Origin: Schmidtea nova
Taxonomy: Eukaryota
Length of the DNA stretch: 64,000 nt
Direction of reading: 5' to 3'
Assembly: GCA_044892505.1 (NCBI GenBank)
Contig: CM097883.1
Coordinates: forward strand, 185,566,001-185,630,000
The notes below the pieces were generated by a model. That model saw only the letters and a list, made by a program, of their open reading frames with translations, was not told the DNA's origin and made no database searches. A program made the position numbers and the translations under genes. Positions 50,601 through 64,000 of this stretch are shown here, piece after piece. Within the stretch, counting starts at the first letter, position 1, and the number at the start of each line of letters is the position of its first letter.

Positions 50601-53429
50601 ATATTCGACAGAATTTTGAAGATTCTTTAATTCAGTTCTTCACATCATATACTTTTACGTGAACAAGCTAAATATGTTCAAAATTTTAAAAACCGATTGC
50701 AAAGAAAAGGTTTACAGAGTATTATTTTTATTTTTTATTTCAATATTTTTCAATTCTTTAATTAGATTATTTTTTTATATTATTTTTTTAAGTCAACCTG
50801 TATAACCACCAAGTCATCAAAATAAATTGTTATTTATTTGTTTAATTTTTGTTTGGCATTATTAAAATTTAATAACCAGCTCGCCGAGTTTTTATTGAAA
50901 ACAGAGCCGGCAGCAAGTTACCGCTGGCTGTGAAACATTAAATATCTCAAAATAAAGGACTGTGGCTTATATCAAATCACAATTTACCATATTTATTCAA
51001 AATTTTAAAATTCATTAAAGAAAATCATATAATTTTATGGAAATTTTTTCATTTTAGTTTTTCAAACTTTTTAATTGTATTTTGAATTTTAGCATTTAAT
51101 TTCTATGGAAAAAAATTGTTTCAATCTTTAATATTCTTCATCTTTGATTTTTATTCAATTTCATTTTTTTCAATCAATTAATAAAAAATAATTTTTCTCT
51201 ATTTTTTGCAAATAACAGTTCCTAGAACTTTATTTTGAATAAAAAAAATTAATTTCATTTATTGTCTGAAAAATGAAAATAAAAGAAATATATTTACTAT
51301 AAACTATTCATTAATGTCTTTTGTATTTTTGGAGGATAATTCTATTTTTATTAAAAATCAATATGTTGCACTTTTCGAACACTATCGGCTCTTTTATAAC
51401 TTTAAGTCAAATATTGCAATATGAACAAATTATTAACATTCAAAAAAATCGACATTTACTTCATGAAGTAGTTATAATGCCCATCATATGAAAGTCGCAT
51501 TTTTTTAATTTACTAAGTAATACATACATTAAAAAGTTATTCTTTTAATAGAGATATGGCCAACCAAAATCGAATGAAGAGTCAAAAATTCTAAAATTGC
51601 ATGAGCCGCATGTTTGTGTATAAAGCTTGTCGAGGTTACTAAAAAGGATTACTGATATTGATTTTGGATAAGTTAAAAATCAAAGGAAAATCAAATAACA
51701 TTTTCATTTACAATGAAAATAATGTTCTTGTTTTAAATTAAAAATTTCTTTTGATTTTAAGTATATTTTAAAAATATTTATAAAGTGTTTCGTGAGCCAC
51801 GGATTAGCCAACCCTGCTTTAATATAATGTGTACTTTACATCACTCTTTCCATATTTTACAAAAATAAAATTCAATAATTTCATGATAAATTTATTTTGT
51901 AATCAATGTTTATGAGTTCTGGTACGAAATTATATACACATTAAGACACAATAATTAAGAATTTAATATTGATGGCGACCGACAGACATACAGTGGCGTT
52001 TTATTTATATAGCTAATAACTGTTTTATGCTTGTTTCTTGTTTGTTGGATTTTAGATTTTCCTTGACGTTTCCGATTTTGCAGAAATGTCAAAATTTATG
52101 CGTACGCTTAGCGATCCTATGAAAAAAATATTGTGTAACATTTTTCGTTATTTTTCACAAGTTTTATTAACAACCTCAGAAATTTTATTTTTTAGTTACA
52201 TCAGATTTAAGAGTTTTTATAAGTATACTTCGCGAGTTGCTTTTATAATTTTACCTGTAATTAAACACTGAAATCAAAATAGTATGTGTTAATTTATTAT
52301 ATTAAAAATTCACTTAAATAGCAGTGGTAGAATTAAATTAGAGTATAATTAATGAATATGACAGATATAGTCGCCAACTTGTTAATCATAATATTATATG
52401 TAAGTTGCAGCTTTTTGCATTTTAAATGTTCACTTTTTTATTTTTATTGTTTTCAATAAATTTTAATTATTTAATTAATTTGTAATTCCTTATTGAAAGC
52501 AAGAACTCAGTGATTTGAATTTTTCACAGATGTAAAGTTAGTTTCCTTAAAAGTTCAGAAAACTTTATTTTTTTTCGTTTTTTTAAAGAAAATTAACTTT
52601 GAATTTGAAAAAAAATAATTTAGTAAAAGATTGATATGTGAAAAAAATTGGTAATATTTATTGTTGCCAAAATTTCAGCAAATTTCAGTTCTGAATCAGA
52701 TATTGCTAATAATAATTACGTATTGCGTTTTTGATGTTATGAATGAGCATTGTATGTAATTATCAACTTGCATTAGCACACTTGCAAAAAGGTTTTATAT
52801 GTTATTTTTTGTCAAAAGCCTATATTATAATATATATAAGATATCAAATATAAGATATATTTAAAAGAATATCTTAAAATATTTCTGATAATGATAATTA
52901 TTTATCAACTTAAATGAAAATTATCTTAACAAAATATTAATTTAATAAAACATTAATAAAATGCATACAATCTAACGTAGATTTCGATTGGTTCAATTAT
53001 TTAAAAGCTATTTACATTCATTCAGTTTTATTAATGAAAAACGGTTTTCACTTTTTAAACAAATTGAAATTTAAAAGTGACTTTTTATTCCAAATGCACG
53101 TCAAAGTAATTTTTATTTGTTTATCTTTTAATATTTTTAAAGTAAAGTAATTAATAAATTTTGATTATTGTTTATGTATGTATTATTGAATGGTGATCGC
53201 CAACGCAATCGGAAACATCTGGAAATTGAAAAATAATAATATTATAATTATAATAATATTCTTATTTTTATCTCAGACGTCTACTTCATTTTCATTTAAT
53301 TAAACTTAAATCAACCGGAATTAAACATTGCGTGGGCGTAATAATTAATATCAGGATCAATATAATAATTATTATTATTATTTTTATTATCATTATTATT
53401 AAAGTTATTATTTATTATTATTGATAATA

Positions 53430-53439
<10 letters not shown>

Positions 53440-53512
<73 letters not shown>
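53440..53512. repeat. (AAT)n/(ATT)n microsatellite; (TA)n tracts also at ~5907, 12108, 20447, 37979, 39175, 47345, 59155, 60733
   Basis: Directly visible. Confidence 0.95.
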
Positions 53513-53513
<1 letters not shown>

Positions 53514-56500
53514 TTAAAAATTATAAATTTATCAGCTATAAAATGTTATCCGGTAAATTATTTCAAATCGAAAATATTGAGCACTCACTTTGAAGTTTTG
53601 ATATGAATGAAAAATAATGCACAATTATTAAATCAATATAAAATCACAAATAATAGATATGATTGAAAATATTGCACAATTATTAAATCAATATAAAATA
53701 ACATATAAAATAGATAATTAACTACAAAACATCTAGAGATAAAAATAAATTATTTCATTATTTGTATTTTGTAATTATTTAGTTGTTTGTTAACCTTAAT
53801 TAAAATATTTTATGAAATCGATATTATTTTGAGAGATTTTGGATAAAATTTGAAACCCTTTGTACAATTTGATATTTTCGTTGATAATATAATAATAAAA
53901 TCTTTTATTCACAATTAAATGTTGGAAATAAGTTTTTTTTTCATTATTTCAGAATATAGAAAAAAAGATTTATATTGAATAAGTGAAAAACTTTGGATCT
54001 GTAGACTACAAAAAGTGTAATGAAAATGATATCAAAAGCGACTAAATATTTTAAAGATAGAAAATAAAGAATGAAAAACTTTTACAATTGAATAATTATG
54101 AATTGCAGATCACTGCTATTTTGTTGTTGTCTTTCTAAGAATAAATTATCCTTTAGAAATATATAAATAACTTTAACAACGGATATCCTATTTGAATATG
54201 GCTTTCTAAATCATCCTTTTGATATGCCAATTTAGATGGTAATATCATATAAATCATCAAGTATAAAACAAAACGTGCTTGGATGTAACTTTTAGTTCAT
54301 AACAATACAAAACGGTTCTGGTCAATTTAATTCTTACACCCATAAAAAAGTTTAATTATATTCATATTACATCAAATTTATACCCACAAAAGCACAATTT
54401 ATGTGCAACCCGGATTTAAATAGTAGACGTTGAGTTGACTTATATTTTGAAACAGGTAAAATATCTAAATCTTTTTGAGTTTAAGGTACATTACNNNNNN
54501 NNNNNNNNNNNNNNNNNNNNNNNNNNNNNNNNNNNNNNNNNNNNNNNNNNNNNNNNNNNNNNNNNNNNNNNNNNNNNNNNNNNNNNNNNNNNNNNNNNNN
54601 NNNNNNNNNNNNNNNNNNNNNNNNNNNNNNNNNNNNNNNNNNNNNNNNNNNNNNNNNNNNNNNNNNNNNNNNNNNNNNNNNNNNNNNNNNNNNNNNNNNN
54701 NNNNNNNNNNNNNNNNNNNNNNNNNNNNNNNNNNNNNNNNNNNNNNNNNNNNNNNNNNNNNNNNNNNNNNNNNNNNNNNNNNNNNNNNNNNNNNNNNNNN
54801 NNNNNNNNNNNNNNNNNNNNNNNNNNNNNNNNNNNNNNNNNNNNNNNNNNNNNNNNNNNNNNNNNNNNNNNNNNNNNNNNNNNNNNNNNNNNNNNNNNNN
54901 NNNNNNNNNNNNNNNNNNNNNNNNNNNNNNNNNNNNNNNNNNNNNNNNNNNNNNNNNNNNNNNNNNNNNNNNNNNNNNNNNNNNNNNNNNNNNNNNNNNN
55001 NNNNNNNNNNNNNNNNNNNNNNNNNNNNNNNNNNNNNNNNNNNNNNNNNNNNNNNNNNNNNNNNNNNNNNNNNNNNNNNNNNNNNNNNNNNNNNNNNNNN
55101 NNNNNNNNNNNNNNNNNNNNNNNNNNNNNNNNNNNNNNNNNNNNNNNNNNNNNNNNNNNNNNNNNNNNNNNNNNNNNNNNNNNNNNNNNNNNNNNNNNNN
55201 NNNNNTTCATATACATATTAAGGTAATATAACTTTATGGATCAGTAAATTAAATTAAAATAAAATATACATGATTTGGTAATTAAAATGCAAATTAGATA
55301 ATTTTTTCTGTGTATTTCCCATATGTTCCCAATATCATTAATATTTTACCGTTAAATAATACATTTGCCTATGGAATACCGTTTTATATGACTAATTTAT
55401 GGTTTGGCGCAGTAGTGAATAAAATTGTAATCATGTCATAATGAAAATTATGTTTATTACTGAAAATAATTAAAAAAATTATTAATAATCCCAAAACTGA
55501 TTTACGTAAAATAAACCAGTCAATTGAAAGTTTCAAAAACAAGCTTAGAAAAACAATTAATTTACGCATTATCCGAATATTTAATTTATAACATCTTTTA
55601 TTAAAAATGACAAAGTATCAATATTATTTTTTTAATTTATAAGGTTCTTATAATATAATCTTATAATATAATCAACACTCATATAGCAATAAAAGTTAAT
55701 TATTTTAATTTTGGTTTTTACAAGTAAAATCAAATTGTTTTTTCTGTCTCTCATGCAGTCACAGTAGCACTTTGCTTTTATTCTTAATTAAAACCTTAAT
55801 CGTTTTCTTATTGCTATTAATAAATTTTTAATGTTTAGTCTGACACATTGTAGCTAGTTAATTTTTTGTATCTTTTATTTAGTTTCTTTAATAAATAATT
55901 TGAAGATTGATCAAAAGTTATTGAAACATTATTATATAAAAATTTGTTTTATAGTTATCAATGATCAAGATCTAAAATAAAACTAAATTTTAATTATAAA
56001 TACACACTTGATAAAGATTGTGCCAAAATATCGTGTACCAAACAATCAAAATAAAATTTTATTCTATAAGTCATATAATTATTACTATGAAAATTATTGA
56101 TTTAAAAAATAGAGAAATAAAAAGATAATTATGATATTTACTTATTTATTTAATTTATTTAATTTATTCAATTTATTTGCAATAAAATCTCACTTTGAAG
56201 CAGTTAATATTTAATAAAATAAAACTAAATTGTTTATATTCCTTTACTATTTGAAAATAATAGAAATTGGTATAAAATAAAAATAATTTTAATAAAATAA
56301 ATCATTTGAAGGTAATAATACTTTTGCAATTTATTATAATCTTTAATGTCAATTTCCATAATATTACAATTTCAACATAAGGTTTGCAGATTTTGCAATA
56401 TAAAATTTTGCATGTTTTTCCAAGAAAAAGTAATTTTTAATTAAGTCTTATAGAAAAAAATAATTTTTGTGAAACATATGACGCTTTCTAATTATTTCAA

Positions 56501-57367
56501 TAATCTTTCTTCCTACCGTCATCGTATGTGGTCAAATGAAAATCCCATCACCTCAGATTTTCTTTAGACAAAGTTATGAAATATTTCCTGACGTCTAGTC
56601 CTATACACACAAATGATAAATATCAGTCTTAAAATCAACGTTTATGTAACCTATCAATTTATATTATATATTTATGTATCTGATTTTTTTCCAAAAATAT
56701 AATTTCAATATTAACACATAATATCAACAACAGTATTTCACGTACGATATTTAATAAAATAAACGAGATATTTTCTTAAATGAATTCACGAAAATTTTCC
56801 GATTAATATTTTATGATTTTTATTTGAAGTAATTTCATCTCGTATATTTTTTAAATACATATAAAATTCAATGAATCATCTTTCGAAAGGCGCTTGTTTT
56901 TATTACTAATTTTAACTGGCAACAAAATACAGAAATTAAATTAAAATGGAAAGATATTTTTTTTAAATTTTTTTAGAAAATAATTTATTCGAATTTTAAT
57001 AAAATAAACTAAAATAAAAACACAGTAATTTATATAAAATTTTGTGGTTAAAAATAAATTAATAATTTAAATAAAATACTATTCGTCAAATTCTAACCAA
57101 TGAGAATGATTCATTTGTTCGTTTATAAATATCAATATTATTTTTAGGTCATCAGAAGTTTCTCATGAAATGGAAAGTAAAATCGAAACGGAACTTTTAA
57201 GAAATGTTTAAATGGCGATCATGTGGTTCAAAAGAAAGTTTTAATTCGCAGAACTCTACTCAACAATTTGCTTTTTACTCGTTTTCTTTATTATTCTATT
57301 ATATTTTCAAATTAGTTATCTATATGATGATTCTCACTGATTCTATGTTTTGTCTGACGATTACCAG

Positions 57368-57627
57368 CAAAGATATTTACAATATTCAAAGAAATAATAA
57401 TAATTATTATAATTACATTAATATTAATAAAAATAATAATCAAAACAATGAACAATACAACAAACCAATTCAATTGAAATATCCTGATTTTATAAGTGAA
57501 AATTCTGTATTTCCAACTGCAGTTTTGATTCGTTCAAATATGGGAAATGATGTGAAAATTTCTTTGTCGATTGCGGATAGTCAAATCAAATTAAGATCAA
57601 CAATTTCAAATGAAATTCCTCCAGACG
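57368..57627 (+). CDS. Possible internal exon of an unidentified host gene
   Basis: CAG acceptor at 57367, G|GTAAAA donor at 57628, open N-rich frame ending ...LKYPDFISENSVFPTAVLIRSNMG...EIPPD. Confidence 0.3.
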
Positions 57628-59153
57628 GTAAAAATGTAAATTAAATTCACTTTAAATATTAAAAAACTTGTTTTCCAAGCTTCAAAATTCTCTTATTGTT
57701 GTTTTAAAAGATTTTTTTAAAAAATTTCAAACTATTGACAAATTAATATTTTTAATTGACCAATTTTTTAAATTTTAATTTTTGAAGAAAAAGTATTAAG
57801 GTTTTTTCGAAATGAAAATTTTTTTCGGTATTCGAAGATGTATTACACTTAGAGAATGAAAGCCACCAGGGTTTGGATACTTCATAAAATTTTACGTTAA
57901 AAATTCATTTAATGATATAAATTAAATATAAAAAAATTATATTTTTTATATAATTATGTTTTATTATGTTTTATTTATATAATTATTTTATATAATTATG
58001 TTTTATTATGTTTTATTTCAATAATTTTTATGTTAATATTTGTAATACTATCAGCAGTCTTTATCAAGTGTGTAAACATATTTGTAAATACAAACTCGAT
58101 GAAAGCTCTGCCGATAAATCGTTTACCTAACAATCAAACCAAAAAATTACAAACATTAATAAGAAAATTATTGAATTAAAACAGAGATCAAAAGTGAAAC
58201 TAAAAGATAATTATAATTATTAGTTAAAATAGAAAAACAATAAAAAACATTAAAAAATCTTATTTACAAAAATTAAATATTTTTAATTTTGTACTTCTTT
58301 CACTATAATTTGTTTATATTGTTAATTTATGACGAAAAGTGCAGTTTATATTAAGATAATAAATTGTGATTTAAAACAAATTGCATTATGTATTCATTTT
58401 GTAAATTTTGGTTTTTAATTATTATTTAGGTGAAACAAAATTTCAATCTTTATTTTAAATATATATAATTAGTCATTTGTATAAATGAAATGTCTCAAAC
58501 TCAATGTATGGAAAATGATCACAGCCTCTCATGCTAAAAATATTCGTCATTTTCAATTCATGTATAGTAAATGTCTATATTTTTAGAATCATCTAGTTAT
58601 TTTAATTATTCTGTTACATATAAATAAGCTTTCAAATTTCCAAAAGTTTTATTAACAAAGAAATTGTATTCTAAAAATGTCAAAAATGAAATTATATAAT
58701 ATGCAATGAATAAATTTCTAGTTAAAAAGCAATTGAAAAAGAAGTAATGCATTATTTAATTAAAATAATTATTTTGTAAATATTTAGTATGCTCCAAAGT
58801 TTCGTGAACCATTACTCACTTTTAAAAATGAATGATTTTCGAGATCCGTCTGATCATTAAATAGGCAAAAAGGGGCTGAATGAAAATGTCGTTTTAAATT
58901 ATTGGTATTTTTAATAAACTTGATTTTAAAATTTAAATTTATCTAAAAATTGTAAAAGAAAAACATTTATTTAACGAATAGTTAAACCTACTAATTGTTT
59001 TGGATATTTATTTTCTTTAAGACATACTTAAAAATATAGTTTTCTTACTTCATTTAATCTTAAGTTCTTTATTTCATACTGACTTTACATATTTAATCAT
59101 TTATTTAATATTTTGTTTAATTTTCAAGTGTAAAGAGATAAGAGAAAGTTACG

Positions 59154-59190
<37 letters not shown>

Positions 59191-59355
59191 CTTTTGGAAA
59201 ACCAACACAAAGAAACTAAATAAAAAATAGTAATTTTATGTAAATGTCAGAGGTTACATCTTAGCACCTTTTTTAGAGAAATGTTTTTTAAAATATTTCC
59301 CACAACCCATCATATCTACCAGTGGGTCACAGCTAACACTTTGAAACTACTATTC

Positions 59356-59810
59356 CAGTGGTTTTCAAAGTGTGTTCTGCGACAAAATTTAGGGTTCCGC
59401 GGACATTTTGTCAGCTATAATATATTAGACTGTTAAAATTTTTTTTATAGTATAAAATAATTTTTTGTATACAATTTATAATAATATACAGCATAAATTG
59501 TGAATATTTTATATAAATACGTTGTTTGTTATTTTTGTTTATGTGATCAAAAGAATTTATTTAAGTTTGATTACACAAGGATCACACACAATAGCATGTT
59601 TCAGATAACTGAACAAATCAATTGTAAGGTTCTCAATAAAAAACAATGATTTTTACGTATTTATAAATGTCTTATTTGTCTCATTATTTTTTAAATAAAA
59701 TATTTTTTCTTTTTCTTTAATTGTACATATCAATAATTTGATATTAGGGTTCCGCAAATCTTGTAAAAACGAATTAAGGTTCTGCAACAAAATAGGTTTG
59801 AGAATTACTG
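59356..59810. mobile_element. hAT-Charlie-type MITE
   Basis: CAGTGGTTTTCAAA / TTTGAGAATTACTG ends; 8-bp TSD TACTATTC/CACTATTC. Confidence 0.8.
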
Positions 59811-62800
59811 CACTATTCTATGGTTTTAAAAGAGTTTATAAATAAAAGATTTAAATGACATTGTCTTGAAACTAAATATAGAACTCGGACATTAATTCCA
59901 AAATTTTGAACATTCGAAAATTCCATTACAAGTATAAATAAGTTTATGTCAAGTACCCATTGACTTCTGGCAAGGAGCGTATGTAGACAGTATTTTAATA
60001 TTATAAGCCTAATCCAGAAAGGAATAAAGCACATTTAAAAATCTACGTAAGCCTTATAAATTATAATTATTAAGTTATAAGGTTATCAATAAAGTAGCAG
60101 ATATTCTAGTTCTTGGTTTAGGGTAAGGCTTTTTAATACTTTGTAAGAACATCTTTCAAAGATCTAAAACACTTAAACATATAATGTGTGAACACATTTA
60201 ATTAACTAATAATTAACTTATTACAAAAAAATTAAAATTAAATATATTTTATTTTAAAGAAACTTTTAATCTTTTTACTCATAACATTATCGGAAGTAGT
60301 TCAAATTAAGTTATTTTAATAATGTATCAAAGATTATAAGTTTTAATGGTGAAAAAGTTAATTTTGAAGTTCTTTGGAAGTTAAACCTATTGTTATTATT
60401 AAGGTTGGTCATTAATTTAAACAAACAACTAATTGAGTTTATGCCACCCAAAATATCGTGTGATCCAAACCGATGGCATTTTAGATCAATTTGTAGATAA
60501 AATGAGAAATAAAATTTATATTTTATAAATTACAAAATGGTTCTACGTTCATAATTAATTTGACTTCATTGTACCAGACACCTAAATCTGCACTGTCTCA
60601 TAAGTACTTTACGTGACAATACACAAATTTTGTTCGTTGGTTCTAGTTCTAAGAAAATCTTGAAAAACTGTATTTTCAAAATATTTAAAATTGTTAACAA
60701 ATCTGTATTTTAATTGTTTTAATATCAAGCGATATATATATATATATATCTTCATGGTCATCACCTTTGCTTGTATATGAAATTTGTTTTTGTTATTTTC
60801 AAAACATTCATTGTTCAGGGATATTGAAGAACTTTCTGAATATTGTTAAGTCTTTATTTATTTGGGCATTATTTCTGTCAATGTTCTCCTTTTAACGTGA
60901 TAAAATGTACTGATTTCAATATATTATTTTATTTTTACAACAGCGAACATTCTTAGATAAATACTAGTACACAATTCACTTTATTAAAAAACGATTATAA
61001 TTACATAAATATTTTTTGTTATCTGTTGTGAATTTTTACGTTTTATATTTTCTTTTTTTCTTACTGTATATAATCCAAAGTTCAAAATTTACTTTTAATT
61101 TGGAGTAACAACAATGGGAGAGCTTTTAATTAAAAAATTTTATTAATTATAAAAAATGGTAATTAAATTTAATATCTTGACAAAAGTCAATAATAATAAC
61201 TTTTTGGTGGTAAAGCATAAAATTATCTGATTCGCTAATGAAAATGTGTCGCACTTTATGAATGATGCAAGTAATAAGTGAAGTTTTCTATTAATCTGAA
61301 ATAAGTATGATAGAAATTTAATAAATTATTTTTCAAGTGTATTAAAATTATTTAATATATAATTTACCCGTGGTGAGAAATGCATAAAAATTACATTTAT
61401 CAATTTATAAAATAAATAATTTATTATTATTAATATAAAATAATAATGAAGAAAAACTTCGTTCGATTAGCTTTTTTTCAAAAATAATTTCATCTCACTC
61501 ATTTTTATAATTTATTTATTCCAATTTGTATTTCATCAATGGTTCTTGATTTATTTCATTGTTATTATGAATCTTTTCCTACAAATTAATTAAATTTATA
61601 AAAATTTTAAAATTGTAGTGTCATTGACATACATACAGATCTACACTAGAATTCTTATTAACTATCCATTAATATAGGTTTAATGATTTATTGCATTTGT
61701 ATAAAACTACTTTCGTTTACCCAATTTCAAAGATTTATGATCACAATTTTATAGTTAATTTATTTTTAAAATCTTTTCCGTTGTAACCTTTTAGAGACCC
61801 GTAACAGAAAAATTATTTGCTATTTATTTATTTTACCAATAGTCTCTCGTTTTTATCATTTTCAGAAAAATTTATTGATTTTTCATCTTTGCTTTAAGTA
61901 ATTAATTTTGATGTAATTGTTTGATTAAATATATTTTCGTTATTCTAAATTTCAAAAACTTTTTAAGAGAAAAAAACACTGTTTGCAAATGTACTCTAAA
62001 TCTTTAATAACTACTGGAGTGGTCAAAGATCAAATTATACATCCCGATGATTCAAAATGAATTATGAAAACAAATGAAATACAAATAAAGAAATATATAA
62101 ATTTTTTCATTATTTTATGAGACAAATTATGAATAATAAAGTTGTCGAACAGTCTCATTGTTTCTATTAAATAAAAATATATCAAATCAATTGATGGTAA
62201 TCTTTAAGAATTTTAATAGAGGAGATTGAAAAGAACCTTATTAAGTATTAGAATTATATTATTGGAAATTTGAGAAGATTAAATTAAACGTTGTAAAAAA
62301 GGAACTAATCAAATAAGAGTCGAAGTCTATTGAATAAAATACCAAGTCAAAACAAGAAAATAACCGAAATTTGAATCCAATTGTTGAATCCAATCCAGTG
62401 ATTGTTAAATCATTTGTATTACACAATAGTGCTATTCCTCATGAAGTGTTGATATAACTCAAAATCAAGAAAAGATAGAGGATGTAGATCTTGATGAAAT
62501 GTATGATGACACAATTACTCCAGAATAAGCTGAACTTCTTTTTGTCGAATTAAACTCTAATTCCAACCTGAGAAATTTTTGACTATCATGATATCAATAA
62601 TAAAAAGAAGTTTTATTTATTTTGTTGCTTTTCAGTTTTGAGATGTCATACACTTTCTTCTTGACTTTAATGGAATATTATTTTTCTTATTTCGTACAAA
62701 TGTAATCTTTTCGAAACCTCCAAGCTCAGATATGACATCAAACATACTTCTTATAATTGAACCACCTGTAATTATAAATATGATCTAAATTATATTTGAG

Positions 62801-64000
62801 ATATACTTTATAAGTAAAAATAGTTTCAATAAAGTTTTCAAAATACTAAACATTATATTAAAATGATATTATAATAAAAATTACTTACATTATTATAAAT
62901 TAAACGAAGATTAAAACTGATATACACACAGACTAGTATTATACGTGGTATGCAGTGTTATATAATGTAAGGTTAATAATTATGCATAAATTCGGATGTC
63001 CATTGATTTTGGTTGTATATCACTACTATGTGTGTATGCATCGTGCTTTTTATAGATTTCACTGAGAATAGCAGATCCTATTTAGAAATTGTGTACATTG
63101 TCATTAGCTTTATCATTTATTCAATATAGAGAAATAGACTAAAGTTATTAAACCGCAAATGTTTGTCAAAAAAGAAGCCTAATGAAAAGAAATCTAGTTT
63201 TGAATTATATTATTAAAAAAGAATTAAACGTCTCATTAAATATTTTAAAAAGTTATTAACTGAATCTGACTGAATGAATATTAACGAATTAAAAGTTATT
63301 GTATTTTTAAATTAAAATATCTATAAAAATTCTGTATTTTTCAAAAAAAAACATTATTTATCAACAAATTCACAGGTTCATTTTTTTGCAAATGAGTTTC
63401 AATAAATCTTTGTATGGTTTTAAATATTTAATTCGAAAATTAAATTTTCATTTATCAGCAAAACATTCATGAAATAAAATTCTAAATCTATCAGTTGCTA
63501 GGCACAAATCTGCTAAAATAAGATCAAATTTTCTTTACTTGAGATTCCTTAATTTGTTGACAGAATATAAACGAAAAGCTACGAATTTAAAAAGAAAATA
63601 AAGGTTTTAAAAATATTGAAAGAGCTAAATCAAGAAAATTAATTCTAATCATTTTTGAAATGTCCAAAATGGTTTTATTTTTAAATGACACTCTTTGGAA
63701 TTAAAATTTTAATAAAATAAATTTAAAGTATTTTGAAACTATATAAAATAACTAATTATCTTAATTCTACGTGTTTGTCTATATTTTGAAATATGAAAAA
63801 AAAAATAATTTTTATGTATAATTTCAGTACCTTTCATCGATGTTATGAAGTAAGTATACATCTATTGTTGTATTTCTACCTTGTTATTAGTTAGACATAA
63901 TTTTCTTTACGTTGTATTTCAATGTTTTGATTACCAATTGATTTTAATTAATTAGCACCAAATAAAAAAAATAATAATTTTTTTTCTTAAATTTTTTTTC

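Noticed and set aside
51430-52010. Helitron-like or hAT-like termini
   Set aside because: Matching opposite ends were not found.
62150-62520. Faint resemblance to PP1-type phosphatase motifs
   Set aside because: Catalytic motifs are absent and the similarity is within chance expectation.

Overview
Very AT-rich, repeat-dominated eukaryotic (invertebrate) genomic DNA with six N-gaps. The (TA)n/(ATT)n tracts and element types resemble planarian or other flatworm DNA, but the taxon is unverified. No intact host gene is evident. Contents: (i) a near-perfect 3.4-kb head-to-head palindromic Penelope-like element (RT + GIY-YIG) with a minimal hammerhead ribozyme in each arm, plus a second Penelope fragment; (ii) a Gypsy family seen as a decayed gag-pol copy, an internally deleted LTR-bounded copy, and a disrupted minus-strand LTR. 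The deleted copy's Gag appears to start with a ~70-aa ubiquitin-like domain ending in di-Gly, is preceded by a signal-peptide-like ORF, and ends in a canonical -1 frameshift signal; (iii) two TG..CA, 5-bp-TSD-flanked solo-LTR-like elements, each carrying a captured nuclear-receptor zinc-finger fragment; (iv) another retroelement remnant with a large accessory ORF containing ~54 SDAITP repeats; (v) an intronless IAP-type RING gene and other compact ORFs sharing an upstream repeat; (vi) hAT, piggyBac-like, Tigger and fold-back DNA elements, minisatellites and weak degenerate host-exon remnants. All calls are by eye; no database search was run.
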